Assembly: GCA_013265495.1 (NCBI GenBank)
Contig: MU058418.1
Span: forward strand, 1,576,917 to 1,640,916
DNA from: Vicugna vicugna
Lineage: Eukaryota
Length of the DNA stretch: 64,000 nt
Reading direction: 5' to 3'
Both the position numbers and the translations under genes were made by a program. The notes under the pieces are model-generated. The model worked only from the letters and a program-made list of their open reading frames with translations, ran no database searches and had not been told where the DNA came from. Position 1 is the first letter of the stretch. Each line of letters begins with the position of its first letter. Positions 25,146 to 37,480 of this stretch are shown piece after piece.

Positions 25146-26120
25146 GTAAGTATTTTACTCGAAAGGGTTAGATGGTAAAATTAGTTATGTTATCTAATAT
25201 TACTTACCTGCCAGTTGGGTGTAACGGGTAATAGGTGAGCTGTTACCTACAGCCGAGTGGAGGTGCCCGGCCCTGGGGATCAGGGCAGCAGCCCTGGCCT
25301 TGCCTCTGCTCTGTATGTGCCCGTTTCCCCTGGAAAAGCTATTCCGTGGCTTTTCATGGAGCAGGTCTCCAGCTTGTGGACACCCATTTCTGCTACCCTG
25401 CAGAGAAAGCAGGCCTGGAAGAATGAAAAAGTAGCACCTCTGCAAAACAATTGCATGTTATAATCAGAATTTTAACAGGCCTAATTTAACTCTAGAGTTT
25501 TGAAGACAGACCTGGCCTGGAGATTGTTTGTGATGATTGGTGGCTCATGTTATGAACCTTGTATCTACAGTAAAAAAAAAAAAACAAAAAAACAAGTTAA
25601 TGACACTGAGTGGACAGTCGCTGAGGGTGTATGTGGACAGCATGCAGGCTAGAGGCTGCAGGAATGAAAGTGGCAAAAACAGGCACGTTTAGTATGACCG
25701 AGGCAGGAAGGAAAAATGTGTTCTGTGTTAGAGTTGTATTACTTCTTTTGCGGCAGATTAAATTTCATTGTCAAATTATTTTCATTGGAGCTATTTCAGT
25801 TCTCATATTCTTTAGATGAGATTTTACTCTAATAGCATTTGTATATCAGATAATATATCTTTGATATAATAATTCATGAGATTTGAAATGTGTTTGTCAA
25901 TTAATGAGGGTTGATTGAGCACTCTGAGTGCTCAAAGCCTTGGGGAAAATGTGTTAAAAATTAGATCTAGGCCCTGCCTTGAAGATGTTTATGATGATTA
26001 TTAATTTTGGACTTTATGGTCTGTCTCCATTTTGAAAAAGACTGTGAAAACCTCTCTTGGTCATGAATGATTCAAAATTCTACTTGGTGTGCACTTTTGG
26101 CACTTAAGAAACATGTTTTT

Positions 26121-26248
26121 TAATTTTATTTTTTTGTTTGGGGTTTTTTTGGGGGGAGGGTGGTAATTAGTTTTATTTATTTATTTATTGAACCCAGGAC
26201 CTCGTGCATGCTAAGCATACACTCTACCACTGAGCTATACCCTCCCCC
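26121..26248 (-). mobile_element. Vic-1-type SINE (copy 3, lacks the 3' end of the tRNA part)
   Basis: ttgaacccaggacctcgtgcatgctaagcatacactctaccactgagctataccctccccc; TSD agaaacat(g/t)..ttttt on both sides. Confidence 0.9.
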
Positions 26249-26889
26249 TAGAAACATTATTTTTATGCTGATGGTTTTATTGAGTTATTGAACTTCCTCC
26301 CTCAATGAAAATAGTTGTTTAGGTTATATAATTATTATATTTCTTGTTAAAATGTAAAAAAACAAAAAGCATGAAGAGTTTAAAAATTACCTGAACTATT
26401 TTCACCCTGAGATAATGCACCTCCAATGTTTGAGTAACCATTCTTCCATGCATTTTACATGTGTATGTATAATATATACTTACATATGTATAATTTTATA
26501 TAATTCTTGCTTTTTATCTTGAACTTCTTATTTTTAATGGTTGTTTTCACTTGTTTTTCATTACCTTCTCTCAGTTGTTTCTCCTCCTTGCTCACACAGT
26601 TTGCCAACATTGCCTACATGGATGTGCTCAGCACCTTTTAATATACTCATAGGTTTTCAAAAATAAGATATTCTATACTTCTCTTTTCTCATTTAGCAAT
26701 ACATAGTAAAAACTTTATAGACTTATTTTATTCTTTTTATTGGCAGTATAATATTCATGATAAAAATATACCTCAAATGCTCAACCATTCTTCTATTGAG
26801 ATACTCACTCTGCTTTTAATTTTTATGCAAAAGCTTCTAGAATTCTTGTCTGGTTCAAAAAATCTCATTAGCTCTTTCATATGTATATA

Positions 26890-27077
26890 CAGTTGTCCCT
26901 CAGTATCCACAGGGGATTGGATCCTGGACCCATCACAGATACCAAATCCACAGAGGCTCAGGCCCTATACTCAGTCCTCCGTAGCTGCAGGTTCCACATC
27001 CATGGATTCACCCAACCTCAGGTGGATAACAGTTCACCATCCGTGGGTGCAGAACCTACAGATAGGAGGGCTGACTG
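26890..27077. mobile_element. MER8/MER2-type Tigger-derived MITE, inverted relative to 14584-14795
   Basis: ta|cagttgtccctcagtatccacaggggattggatcctggaccc ... cagataggagggctgactg|tta. Confidence 0.8.
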
Positions 27078-27084
27078 TTATATG

Positions 27085-27280
27085 CATATACATTTATATA
27101 TTTATATGTAGCTCATAAATTTGTATAAAAATTAAATGTAAAAATGTATTTCTTTATATATTTATTTTCTATTATGTTTATATATTATATGTAATATATA
27201 ATATAACATATAATAATGATATATTATATTATTATTTATTTATATTATTTATATATAGTAAAAATATAGTATATAGATAA
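27085..27280. repeat. AT-rich low-complexity (TA/TAT) tract
   Basis: About 200 bp almost without G/C. Confidence 0.8.
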
Positions 27281-27796
27281 AATCAGTTGGTATAAAGGAG
27301 AATTGAGTATTATTGTGACCAAAAATATATCACATCCAGAGCTAGGACCTCTGGTATGCCTGTAAGAACAGCATGCTTCTCTCTGTGTTCTTCTCCTTCC
27401 CCTTTTCCCTCCCTTCAGCCTCCTTGAGTGGACTCACTAAGTCAGAAGCCCCTTTCCTGTCCCAGCATCCGTGTGTCCCTCTAGGGTGTGGTCGTGCAGG
27501 GCGCTGTAGTAACTCCCTCCTCACTGCCCACCACCGTTCCCCTGGCACTGTCATTGTCTCCAGAACCTTCCTGTGAACCTGCCTAGGGTGTGGCGTGGGT
27601 TGGGCCCCCGCATCCCTGCCCAGCAGGAGAAAGCGGGGCCCATTATTGCTGCCACCTGAGAACATGCTCCTGCCTTGTCACCAAGTGCCATCTGTGTCAA
27701 CTGGACACTGTCACTATGTATGTGTGTTTAAATTTGCAGAATCCCGTGAACTGGACATTCCCTTGTGTTGAATTGAAACAAAGAAAAAGTATTTTG

Positions 27797-27938
27797 GGGT
27801 GGGGAGGGTATAGCTCAAATGGTAGAGCTCATGCTTAGCATACATGAGGTACCAGGTTCAATCCTCAGTACCTCCTCTAAAAATAAATAAACCTAATTAC
27901 CTGCCCCCATGGGGGAAAAAAATAACTCTCAGAAGTTT
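27797..27938 (+). mobile_element. Vic-1-type SINE (copy 4)
   Basis: ggggagggtatagctcaaatggtagag...ggttcaatcctcagtacctcc plus aaataaataaacctaattacc; TSD aaaaagt(a/g)ttttg at 27784-27796 and 27939-27951. Confidence 0.9.
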
Positions 27939-29844
27939 AAAAAGTGTTTTGTATCATGTGAGCAATGTGGCTTCACTAGAATTACAGGTGCAAATTTCCA
28001 CTCTTGTGTGTGTATCACACTAACTGGCTTTTCTCTAGCTCGTTCTTATGCACATTCAACCAAACAGATCTGGCCATGGGAAGAATTGTTCCATCACACC
28101 AGCTTTCAGGACCTGGTAACTCTAGCCCATGAGGCATTTTTTTTTAAAGCAACTTTGTTCAGTTGAAAAAGTAAATTATTTGTGGCTGTACTAACAGAAT
28201 ACTGTCTGGAAGCCAGAGAGAACATGGCAAGGCAAAAGAAAAAGGCAGAACTTTTTCTCCTTTGTGACTTTCAACTGAAGAATCTCAGTGGCTTTACCAC
28301 CTATTATAAAATGTTGAATATTCTACCATCCAGCACAGCGCTGGAGTCATCCTATTCCCTAGAGCAGCCCTGCAGGAGGCAACTGAATGAGTGAAAAACA
28401 TTTGAACCTGGACACTGAAGATTTTGTAGGATTTGGGAAACTGGGAACAAGGGGAAGGGATAAGGTGTGTTTGGGGGCTGCTGAAGAGGTAGATCTATGC
28501 AGAGCAGAGGGTTTTGTTGGGAGGAGTGGAATTCAGAGGCTACAGGCACGGGCTGGAATACCAGGCTGCCGGAGCGTGAACTTGGAGTAACACAGGGCAG
28601 TTGGAGGAAGGCGATGAGATCAGAGTGGCAGAAAGATAAATGTGCATGAGATATCAAACTGATAAAGACCAAAATGCTGAAATGTGACGGGAGGAGAGTG
28701 TGTCAGTGGTACAGACAGATTGGAGGGTTCAGATCTCACATACAGCAGCCCCAGTTTAAGAGGCGTTGCTGCAGTTATTAGATTTTAGATGGATTATAAT
28801 GGAGATAAGAAATGGATGTGAAAGAAATCTCCACAGCATATGGGCCAGTGTTGCTCAGAGGAAGAAAAATGCTGAAGTGTTAAGATTTTTTAAGGTTTTC
28901 TCTGCTTTGTTTCTTACGTATGTATCTAGCATACACATACATATATGTTTATCACATCAAGAGACACTGATTTCACAAATGCTTGTGGAATGGCTGCTCC
29001 ATGCCAGGTGTGTTCTGGGCGGTAAATAAGGCAGTGGAGGGCAAGATAGCTGCCCACAGAGGCTGACTTTTGGTGATACCCATGTCCAGATAACAGTTTT
29101 CTGGTGTCTTGTTCTTCTACAAAACCCTGGTGCTTCCACACATTCAGCACTGCATTCAGTTCTGCCTGCCACATGCTGAATAGCATTTTGAGAAGGTTGA
29201 GTGGATGATTGCTGATGCTCAGAGGAACTGAGGGGTCACCACCACTTTCCACCAAGTGGAAGTGTTAATACTCCTGGTCTGGCAAAACTAGGGATGGGAA
29301 TTTGTCTGTAAAATCATAAGCATAAAGAAGGTTAGTCTGTGCATGATCACTAAATTCCAGAATGCTAGAATTTCAGGAGAGCTCTCTGAAACTTGGAAAA
29401 AGAGAAATACAGGCCAGCTAAAAGCAAGGCTCCCTAGATTCAAGCAGTAAATTACGTCCCCTAAGAAGGTGACATGGACGAAATAGGAGCTTGTCGATGT
29501 TAATCTCGCTGGATTATCAGGAAGTGTTAGGGTTCATTGCTGACTTGCAAAGCCCAGCAGTTGGGAGGGGGTAATACAGGAGCCGAGGAAAATTCCTGGA
29601 GTCACCTCCATCACAAAGTCTCTCATGGTTTCCATCACACTCCCTTTCTGGAGAAGGGAGAAGAGTCTTCTGGGTGCATCAGTCACAAGCAGACCCCAGT
29701 TCCCCTGGTATCTCGTTTGTCCTCTTGTGTCTTGAGGATGCTGTGTACAAAGCTGTTTTACCATAATTGAAGAAAACTTCAAGGTAACTGACATTGACAA
29801 TGAGATGATTTACAGGTGTACCGTGTCACTATTAAACACAGATT

Positions 29845-29925
29845 AAGTGAATCTCTTTGCGTACACCTGAAACTAACATTGTAAATTGGCTACACCTCAA
29901 TTAAAAACAAGAATTAAAAAAAACC
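29845..29925 (+). mobile_element. Very short L1 3' end (artiodactyl type) with A tail
   Basis: gtacacctgaaactaacattgtaaattggctacacctcaattaaaaa. Confidence 0.7.
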
Positions 29926-30299
29926 CATGTTGACTTAAACTAACATTCCTATTTTTTTTTGATTTCTTTGTATTTCTTCTTTATGGCCTGATCCACTTGA
30001 TTTTGAGTTCAATTCTTAAAGAAACGTATTCTTTCCCTGCTTCAGAGTTCACATTTTTGAAGTTAGAACTTTAGCACATCCCCAGGTAATGGGGTTTCTT
30101 TCCTTCCTCTTACACCTGTTTCCATTCTCTGGCCTCCGAGCCTGCAAGCTTCTCCACAGAGGGTCCTTCAAATCCTAATCTTTCCACCTCCTTGCTCAGT
30201 ACATCTCCAGTGTCTTGTTCTTTCTTTTTCTAATCGGGGATCAGTCCTCCCAGCCCATGTCAGGCCCTGCTCCTTTCCTCCACTTTGGCTTTAGAGTGT

Positions 30300-30800
30300 G
30301 GGGAAAAGGAAAGTGAATCCTGGAGAAATTTGAGCCTGGGTGGCTTAGAAAATGATAATATTATTATCAGAAATTAGAACATTACTCTCTAAGGGAACCG
30401 ATGTGGTGAGAGGAGAGAGGAAAATGATATAATTAGCCTTCACATGAAACTTGAACGTGCCAGCAGAATAGCCAGGAGGGACTGTCCAGGAGGCAGCTGG
30501 AGATAGGAACCCATGCTTAGCAGAGGAAGTAAAGCCAGAAAAGCGGATGTAGGGTCATCTACATGGAGTTGACAGTTAAAGTCGAGAAAGACAATGACAT
30601 TACTCAACGGGAGGGTATAGAGAGAGGCTGGAGGAGGTTGACAACAGATTTCCTAAGATGGCCAGATGTGTGAAATAGAAAGTGAAAAAAGAAGTGACCA
30701 GAAAATTAAGAACGGATGATGTAGAAGAGAGCAGAGATTTTAAAAGCAGGGATTGGTCAGCTTCGGCAAATCCTGCGAGAACCCAGGGAAGGAGGGGTTC
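30300..30800 (-). mobile_element. L2 relic
   Basis: Purine-rich L2 antisense motifs (tgtccaggaggcagctggagata, tagggtcatctacatggagttgacagttaaag). Confidence 0.5.
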
Positions 30801-32044
30801 TGCTGCTTCATCTGGAGCAGTCTGAATGGGCAGGTGGGGTGGGGTCTGTCCTCGCTCTCTCTAAATCTTGCATGATTTATCCCTGTACTTTAAAATTAAA
30901 AGATGTTTTGATATAGTTGATTTTTTGTCTTTTAAGTTCTAAGCCCTAGAGTAGACTCCCCACAGTGGCTGATCTGAGTTCATTCCTGTATTCTGTATTC
31001 CAAATCCCCACCACGTGGTACCATCGTCTTCCAGAGCTCCAGTGGTCTTTCTGGCTTTGTGCCCCCAGGTTGGGACAGGGCTTCATGCCACCATGTAGAC
31101 TCTGGACTCTGGAGGAGGGTGCAGGCTATGTGCCATTCAGCTCTGTCACTCTGTGAGCCCCACTCCCCTCATCTCCGAAGGACTGGCCGTCTGTCCGGGT
31201 GTAAAGAGAAGTGGAAAAGTTAACCGAAGTGATGTATTGAAGCACCTAGAACAGGACACGGCGTGTGGATGGCACTCAGCAGAAATTTAGTCAATATAAT
31301 GAGATCAGAATCACCAAAGTGTGAAGCTTCAAAAAGCAATTACTTCTGATGAGAAAAAAAATTAATCATAAGAAATTGAGAAGACAGAATTAGAGCTGGA
31401 GTTCAAATCTTGGGTCTTTTTTATTTTTCTGGCTTTAACAAGCTGCTAAAAAGAAACTAAAATTGGAAGAGGGGGTGTTACATCAGCGGTTCAGGATTCC
31501 AGGTACATGGTGGACCCCAAGTTTTCAGTGCCAGTTATTCTCTGCTCCAAGGATTTGGGGAATTTAAGAGAGGCCTTGACTGAAGTCTGGGGATTCAATT
31601 AAACTGATTTAAATTACATTAGTAATTAAGGATTGTACCAAGGTGGTGGTGGGGGCTTTAAATTTTGCTTCAGTTATTTTCAATAGTTCTAAAATGTAAA
31701 GATTAATAAATTTTTATTAGGTAATTAATTATTATTAATATGAATACTTAGGCAGGAAAGTATGTTAACTTTCTTTCTCTGGCTTAACCCTGCCCATGGG
31801 AAGCCTGCCTCTTCAGACCATGAAATCAGAAACAAGGCAATAACTTCCATCTGATGGACTCTTGCTCTGGTTATTGCAGGAAATTGTGCATCTATAAAAT
31901 GCAAGTGAATATTCTCATGATTATATTTCTTAAACTCTTACAGATAATTTTATTGGAGATTTGAGGATTAAACAGGAAAAATATTTTTAAACATCTCTTT
32001 GGAAAGTTTTGCCTGAGTACAAAGCAGCAGATGAGGTCACTTAC

Positions 32045-32495
32045 TTTTTTATTGTTTTCATTAAGGTATATAATTACAATAAGTGAAATGCTCAGGTCTT
32101 ACATGTTTGATGAGTTTTGACAAAAAGCATATTCACACCCCTATCAAGAGGCAGAGGATTTCTATCACCTCAGAAATTTCCTCCCACCTCTTCCCAAAGA
32201 GAACCATTTTTCTGACCCTTTTCACCATAGATAAGCTCTGCCTGTTCTAGAATGTAACATAAATGGAATATACAGTGTGTAGTTTTGTGTGTGTGGCTTT
32301 TTTTAAAACTTTTATTTTGAACTAAGTGTAGATTCACAAGATGTTGCAAAAATAGTAAAGGCCACCCTACTTCTCCCAATGGGGACATCTTCCATAACTA
32401 TAAGACGTTGTGAAAACCAGGATACTGATGTGGATACAATACAGTTAACTAGAGCACTGTGTCTGGCTTATTTCACTTATTATGTTTGAGATTAG
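32045..32495 (-). mobile_element. Old L1 3' end with a second L1 3' fragment (~32302-32457) nested inside it
   Basis: Outer element resumes after the insert; near-direct repeats tgtgtgtggctt / tgtgtctggctt flank the inner fragment (ttttattttgaactaagtgtagattcacaagatgttgcaaaaatagta). Confidence 0.7.
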
Positions 32496-35400
32496 GGGAA
32501 ACTCGTTTGTCACCATCTTTGGTTTCGTTATTAGGCTTACTAATTTTTAAACGATGTATTTGCTTATGGGAAGGGTCATATTTTCTACTTATGAGGTTTC
32601 CTTCTTATAAAGGAATACCCAGGAGTATAACTACCCACTCCCTCATCCAGCTGGCATGTGAGAGTAGGCAGTCAGAGGCTGCTCTTCCCTTTCTTGGGAA
32701 GAGGCTACATACAGGCAACTTGTGTTCACCTTGAATTCCCCAGGGACAGCATATATGAAGATCTGGGGGAGGCTCAGAGATCCCAAACGTGCAATGCGTT
32801 GGGCTTTGAATTTGGAAATAAGAGACTAAGGCAGATCGGAGGAAAGTTGGAAGATGTACTTTGTAGACGAGGTGGTATGCTCTGTAATCCTGAGCCCTGA
32901 ATTAGATTTGCCCACCATGTCACAGGCCACACCTGCCCCTGGAGGAGCAGAGGAGAACACCTGTGCTCACCGAGCAGGACGTGAGGGGTGGAGAGTGACC
33001 AGGAGATAACACTAAGGGATGTCTACAGCAGGACTGGGCAATAAGTATCCTGCGCCAATTGTTTCTGGGGAGAGCCATTTGCTTTTCAATCGCTGTCATA
33101 CCTGCTCAGTCTCATCTGTTCACTGTAGACGTTATTAGTTGTGGCAATACAGAAATGGCACTAACTTTAACATGTAATTCTGGAAATCATTGTTTTTGCT
33201 TTGTAGTTCTTAAAGCATTATCTTTTTTCAGACTCATTTTCCTTATTTTGCTGCACTGGCACTCTCTCTTGTTTAGATGACATTCAAATTTCAACTGTAC
33301 TGATACATATAATGGCCACAACTAGAAGAATCAGCTCCCTGCTCATTTTATCAAGGTAACTGACACAGCGGCAGTCAATGGAGAAACAATAATAAACATA
33401 GGCAAACGTTGCCTAGAGTCTCAAAGTAGGGCACAGGGGTTTGCGGCAGGCAGAACCATTTCCTGCTGAAGTAGGGCACCCGTGGTAGGGATGTGCGCCA
33501 CAGCCGGGCACCAGGTGTTACCAAGGATTGTGAATTAATGTTGTTTTCATTTGCATGTATCTTAAGTCTGATAAAATGCTTAGGAATTTCTGGAACTAGT
33601 GGTTTCATGCGTACAGTGGCATCTTATCATTGGTTTCTTTTGTCAGCCAGAACTCATCACATGTGAGACAATGTGAAACTTCTTGGGTGACCACAAGGGC
33701 TCTGGTTTTGGCATTATATGTGGTCTCAATTGGGCAGAAATCCAGAAAATGAATATGCTTTCATGAATAGAGGGAGATAGTTTTGCTGAGGTTGGAAAAT
33801 GGTGTGGCTTTGGTCTTAAACCATTTGACACTGTTTGCAGTCTCTGGAGGTTGTGTTTATTCTTTCACATCGTCAGCGGGAAGTGAACCATTCTGCAGTT
33901 GGCAGTGAAGTTGAGATAAAGCTCTAGGGATTTGGGTAATGGCTATTCCAGATGATTGAGAAATAAAATGAGTGCTTTTCAGAGACGGTCAAGTGGAGCA
34001 GGGAAGACAACAGACAAGGGGTCGGAACCCCAAATGCCCACCTACCTGCAGCTGGTGGACTTTGTGAGCTTCAGTTTCAGCCCTCATCTGAAAAGAGGGG
34101 CTCATAAGACCTTTCCTATCTACAATGTGGGGTTGGTTTAGGGAGCAAATGAAATCAAGCTTACGAGATAGCCTTATTAAAAAAAATAATGTAGATGGTC
34201 AAATCTTTTTCATAATACCATTCAATGGATAAAAATGAAATGAATCTTGACGCTAATTTTGGTAGAGGAAGCATACTAACTTTCAAACTGTTAATGGTAC
34301 AATTTTCAATTGCATTGTGTTCCAAAGTTTTCTTTGAAAGCTGTTTGTCTTTGAAATTGGGGAAATGTTTCTCCAAGGAGCAATGCCATGATGGATGGGG
34401 AAGTTCCTGAGCTAGCCAAAAAGCCTGGTCAAATTGTGATGTGCCTAAATGGGGGTTCGGTGGTGGGATGTGAGCTACAAGCCCCTCTGATCTGGGGCCG
34501 CTCTGATGGCTGCATGCCTCTAGGGCAGACTCTGGTGAGTTCCCTGGGGACTGAGGACTCTGATGCGGGGGTGGGGAAGAGCGCAAAAGAAAGAGAGAGG
34601 GTCATCCACTCAAGAAGTGAGCAGTATGTGTAGGCTGGGTGGACAGCCAGCCGTCCCCACCGTGCGCCCATCCTAGTACATTAGAGAATGGTAGGGGTGG
34701 GGCCCCAGCTGCTGGGCCTGTGTCGTTCTGCTCAAGTCTGGTGATCCAGACTGGGGAGCCTCGTATTTTAAGGCAAAGATTTCATGTGTTTGCTAAGGTT
34801 TTTAAATTAATTAATAGTTGGAAACATAATTTGAAATTGAAGTACCCATGAACGATTGAAAAAAAGATGCCGAATCTTTTAAATTCCAATTTTACTTTAC
34901 TAAAATGCTGTTTGAGACTGCATAAATTATCTAATTACTTCCTAATACAAGTTTTCCCTTTAAAATGGGTCTCCTAATGTTGACTGCATGATGAGAACTT
35001 CGAGGCCCAACTCATTTAATGTGAGATAGGACAGCTTTTTCAAACTCATCAGGTGTTTTACCTAGAGATTCCAAGTGAGGGTGGGGCCCAATCTTATGAT
35101 CAAGGAATCTGGGGAAACAGAAAAAGCTGCCTCAGGAAAAGTGAGTGCCATAAAGTTGTAGAGTGTAGCCCTGTCATTTTCCAGCAGTAGATTAGTAACC
35201 AGAATCTCACCAGAATGTTTCTTCCCTGATGTATGCAAAAAAAAAGTTGGTCCCTTTTTGTCCCAGACATCATCCAACAATGCTTCAATTTTTATTAAAT
35301 CCTCTCTGTGGGTTACTAATTCCATATTCTTCTCCTTTTTTTTGTTCCCACTGGTTGCCCTCTGACTCAGTATATCTGTCCCAAGGGGTGGCACATTAAG

Positions 35401-36159
35401 AGAGGAAAACAGGAATTCAAACTCTTGTTTTTCAGTTTGCTGCTTCTTGGTGAGATGACAGTTAAGAGGTTGGGAATTGTTCCAGTAAGCCCTTTAGAAG
35501 CTAAACAAGCATCTCTGTGTGCATCTAATTTTTACTTTGTGTGTGTGTGTCATAAAGTATTTGAGATGGCTTAAAAGATTATGTACAATAAAATAGAAAA
35601 GTACATAACTAAGTGGAGTTAGGAATAATAAAAGCTGAATAGAGAGTCAAGAAAGAAACGAATACATTTCTCCAAACATGAAGCTTGGGCTTTGGACAGC
35701 TCATTAACAATTTCCGCAAATGTATCTCTGTTAAAAGTTGGAGCAAGGTTGAGAGTTAAGTGGGTTGACTTGGAATTTGCCTTTACTGTTACCACGGTAT
35801 TTGGCTAGCCTCTCCTCCCGCTGATCTCTTTACATTTTTCCCAGAAAAAGCCACTTGTCTGTGCTCAGAGTATGCAGCCCCAGCCGCACCCGCAGTGAGA
35901 TTGTGGGCTCACAGCCAGCCTCTCAAAATGGGGGGCCTTCCCTACTGCATCTGCCCAGTGACCTCCCCCAGATCTCCTCCCTCAGGGTTTAAGCTCTGGT
36001 TTACCCCCAGGCCTCTGCTAATCCCCGCCCTTAGTTGCCAGAGGCTTCTTAAAGGGGAAAAGCCTCCTTTTCCGTCTCCCTTGTCCCTTCATCTCCTTCT
36101 TCCTCCTTTTTTCCTTCTTTTCCCTCCTAATCCCCTCCTCCTTCCCTTCTCCTGTGTAC

Positions 36160-37480
36160 CATCCAGCCAGCTTTTTATGAATGTATTTAGTGTCCTCTGG
36201 GTAGAAAGAGGAATAAGAAACCATTCATACCCCAGGGAAGCTCAAAGTAGGAGAGAGAGTGCTTGAAGCAAGTGGTTAGGAGTCTGTGATGGGTGCTGAA
36301 TGGTCATGAACAGGACAGTCTGTTAAACTGGAAGAGGGAGCAATCAACCACTGAAAAGTCTTCACAGAGGAGAAGTGAGCCTGAGCTGGGTCCAGAAACA
36401 TGAGCAGGGGACAGCCAGGTGGAGAAGAGGTGGAGGAGTGTGATGGAGGACATTCTAGGCAGGAGCACTGGACGAGGACGTTGTGTGTAGGGCAGAGCCT
36501 GAGAGATGACCCATGTTGGGGGGAGAAGGAGGAAGGGAGGTGAAGGAGATGAGCCCGGTGGGGTGAACTCTGCTTTAGCGAGTGAAGTGCCTTTATGATA
36601 TGGATTTTCCCTGGTATGCCACCGGAAATCAGAGGAAGTCTTTGACTGGGGAAGGTTGGGCATTGGGATGCTCCATCTGGTAGCAGGGATGTTGTGGGGA
36701 GATGAACCCAAAAAGGGAGAGAATGTGGAAGGAGCCCATTCAAGAGGGCCGTAGGGTTTGGCGAGGAGATGAAGTGGGCTTAAATGGAACCAGCAGCCCT
36801 GGTGATGGGAAGAAGAGGTAGTGCAGGTGACCAGTCAGGTATGAAAAGGGAAGGGGAAGGGGGGCGAGGAGGCTAGGAAGGAGCTGCTGCCATGAATGAG
36901 ATGAACAGGGAATACACTAGGGACCAGCCCCCTCCAGGAAGTCCGTTTTTGTTTCATATACTATTCTTTATACCTCTGCTCCTTTTAAATCAGCTTAAAA
37001 TACATCTACCTCAGAGATATTGTGATTCAGCCATGGTTTTCTGATATCCTTTCTATTTATACTAGTGCTTCCTTTTAGGTAGGGATTCATCCGTTCCATC
37101 CACAGATGTTTATTGAGGACCCTTTGTGTGCCAGGCACTGGATCTGGGCCTGGGGGGCACAATGGTGAAAAGATAAAGTATGTACCCTCACTGAAGCTTC
37201 TGGTATAGAGGAGTAGACAGACAATAAAACATAATATTAAGTCACCTAAGGTAAGTAGTTTGTGGAGGGGTGTGTGGATGAGATGAAGTTTGAGGGATTG
37301 GTAAAATTTGGGCCATACTGGGCCTTGTAGACCACGGTCAGGAAACAGAATCCCAGGAGCAGTGGGCAAAGAGCCAGTAGGGCTTAGGGTGACAGAAAGC
37401 AGAAACACGGGATTCTGGAATATCTCTGAGGCCTGGGACTTGAGCAGCTGGATCGATGGTGGTGTCATACATTGAAGCAC
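36160..37480 (-). mobile_element. L2 relics (two segments, ~36160-36600 and ~37085-37480)
   Basis: ttcatccgttccatccacagatgtttattgaggaccctttgtgtgccaggcactg is the L2 3' end; source of ORF 36995-37570. Confidence 0.7.

Noticed and set aside
25200..25332. Degenerate U1 snRNA pseudogene (starts tacttacctgccag, ends tttcccctg)
   Set aside because: Only the two ends resemble U1; the middle needs many gaps, there is no Sm site and the length is short. A cmsearch with the U1 model would settle it.
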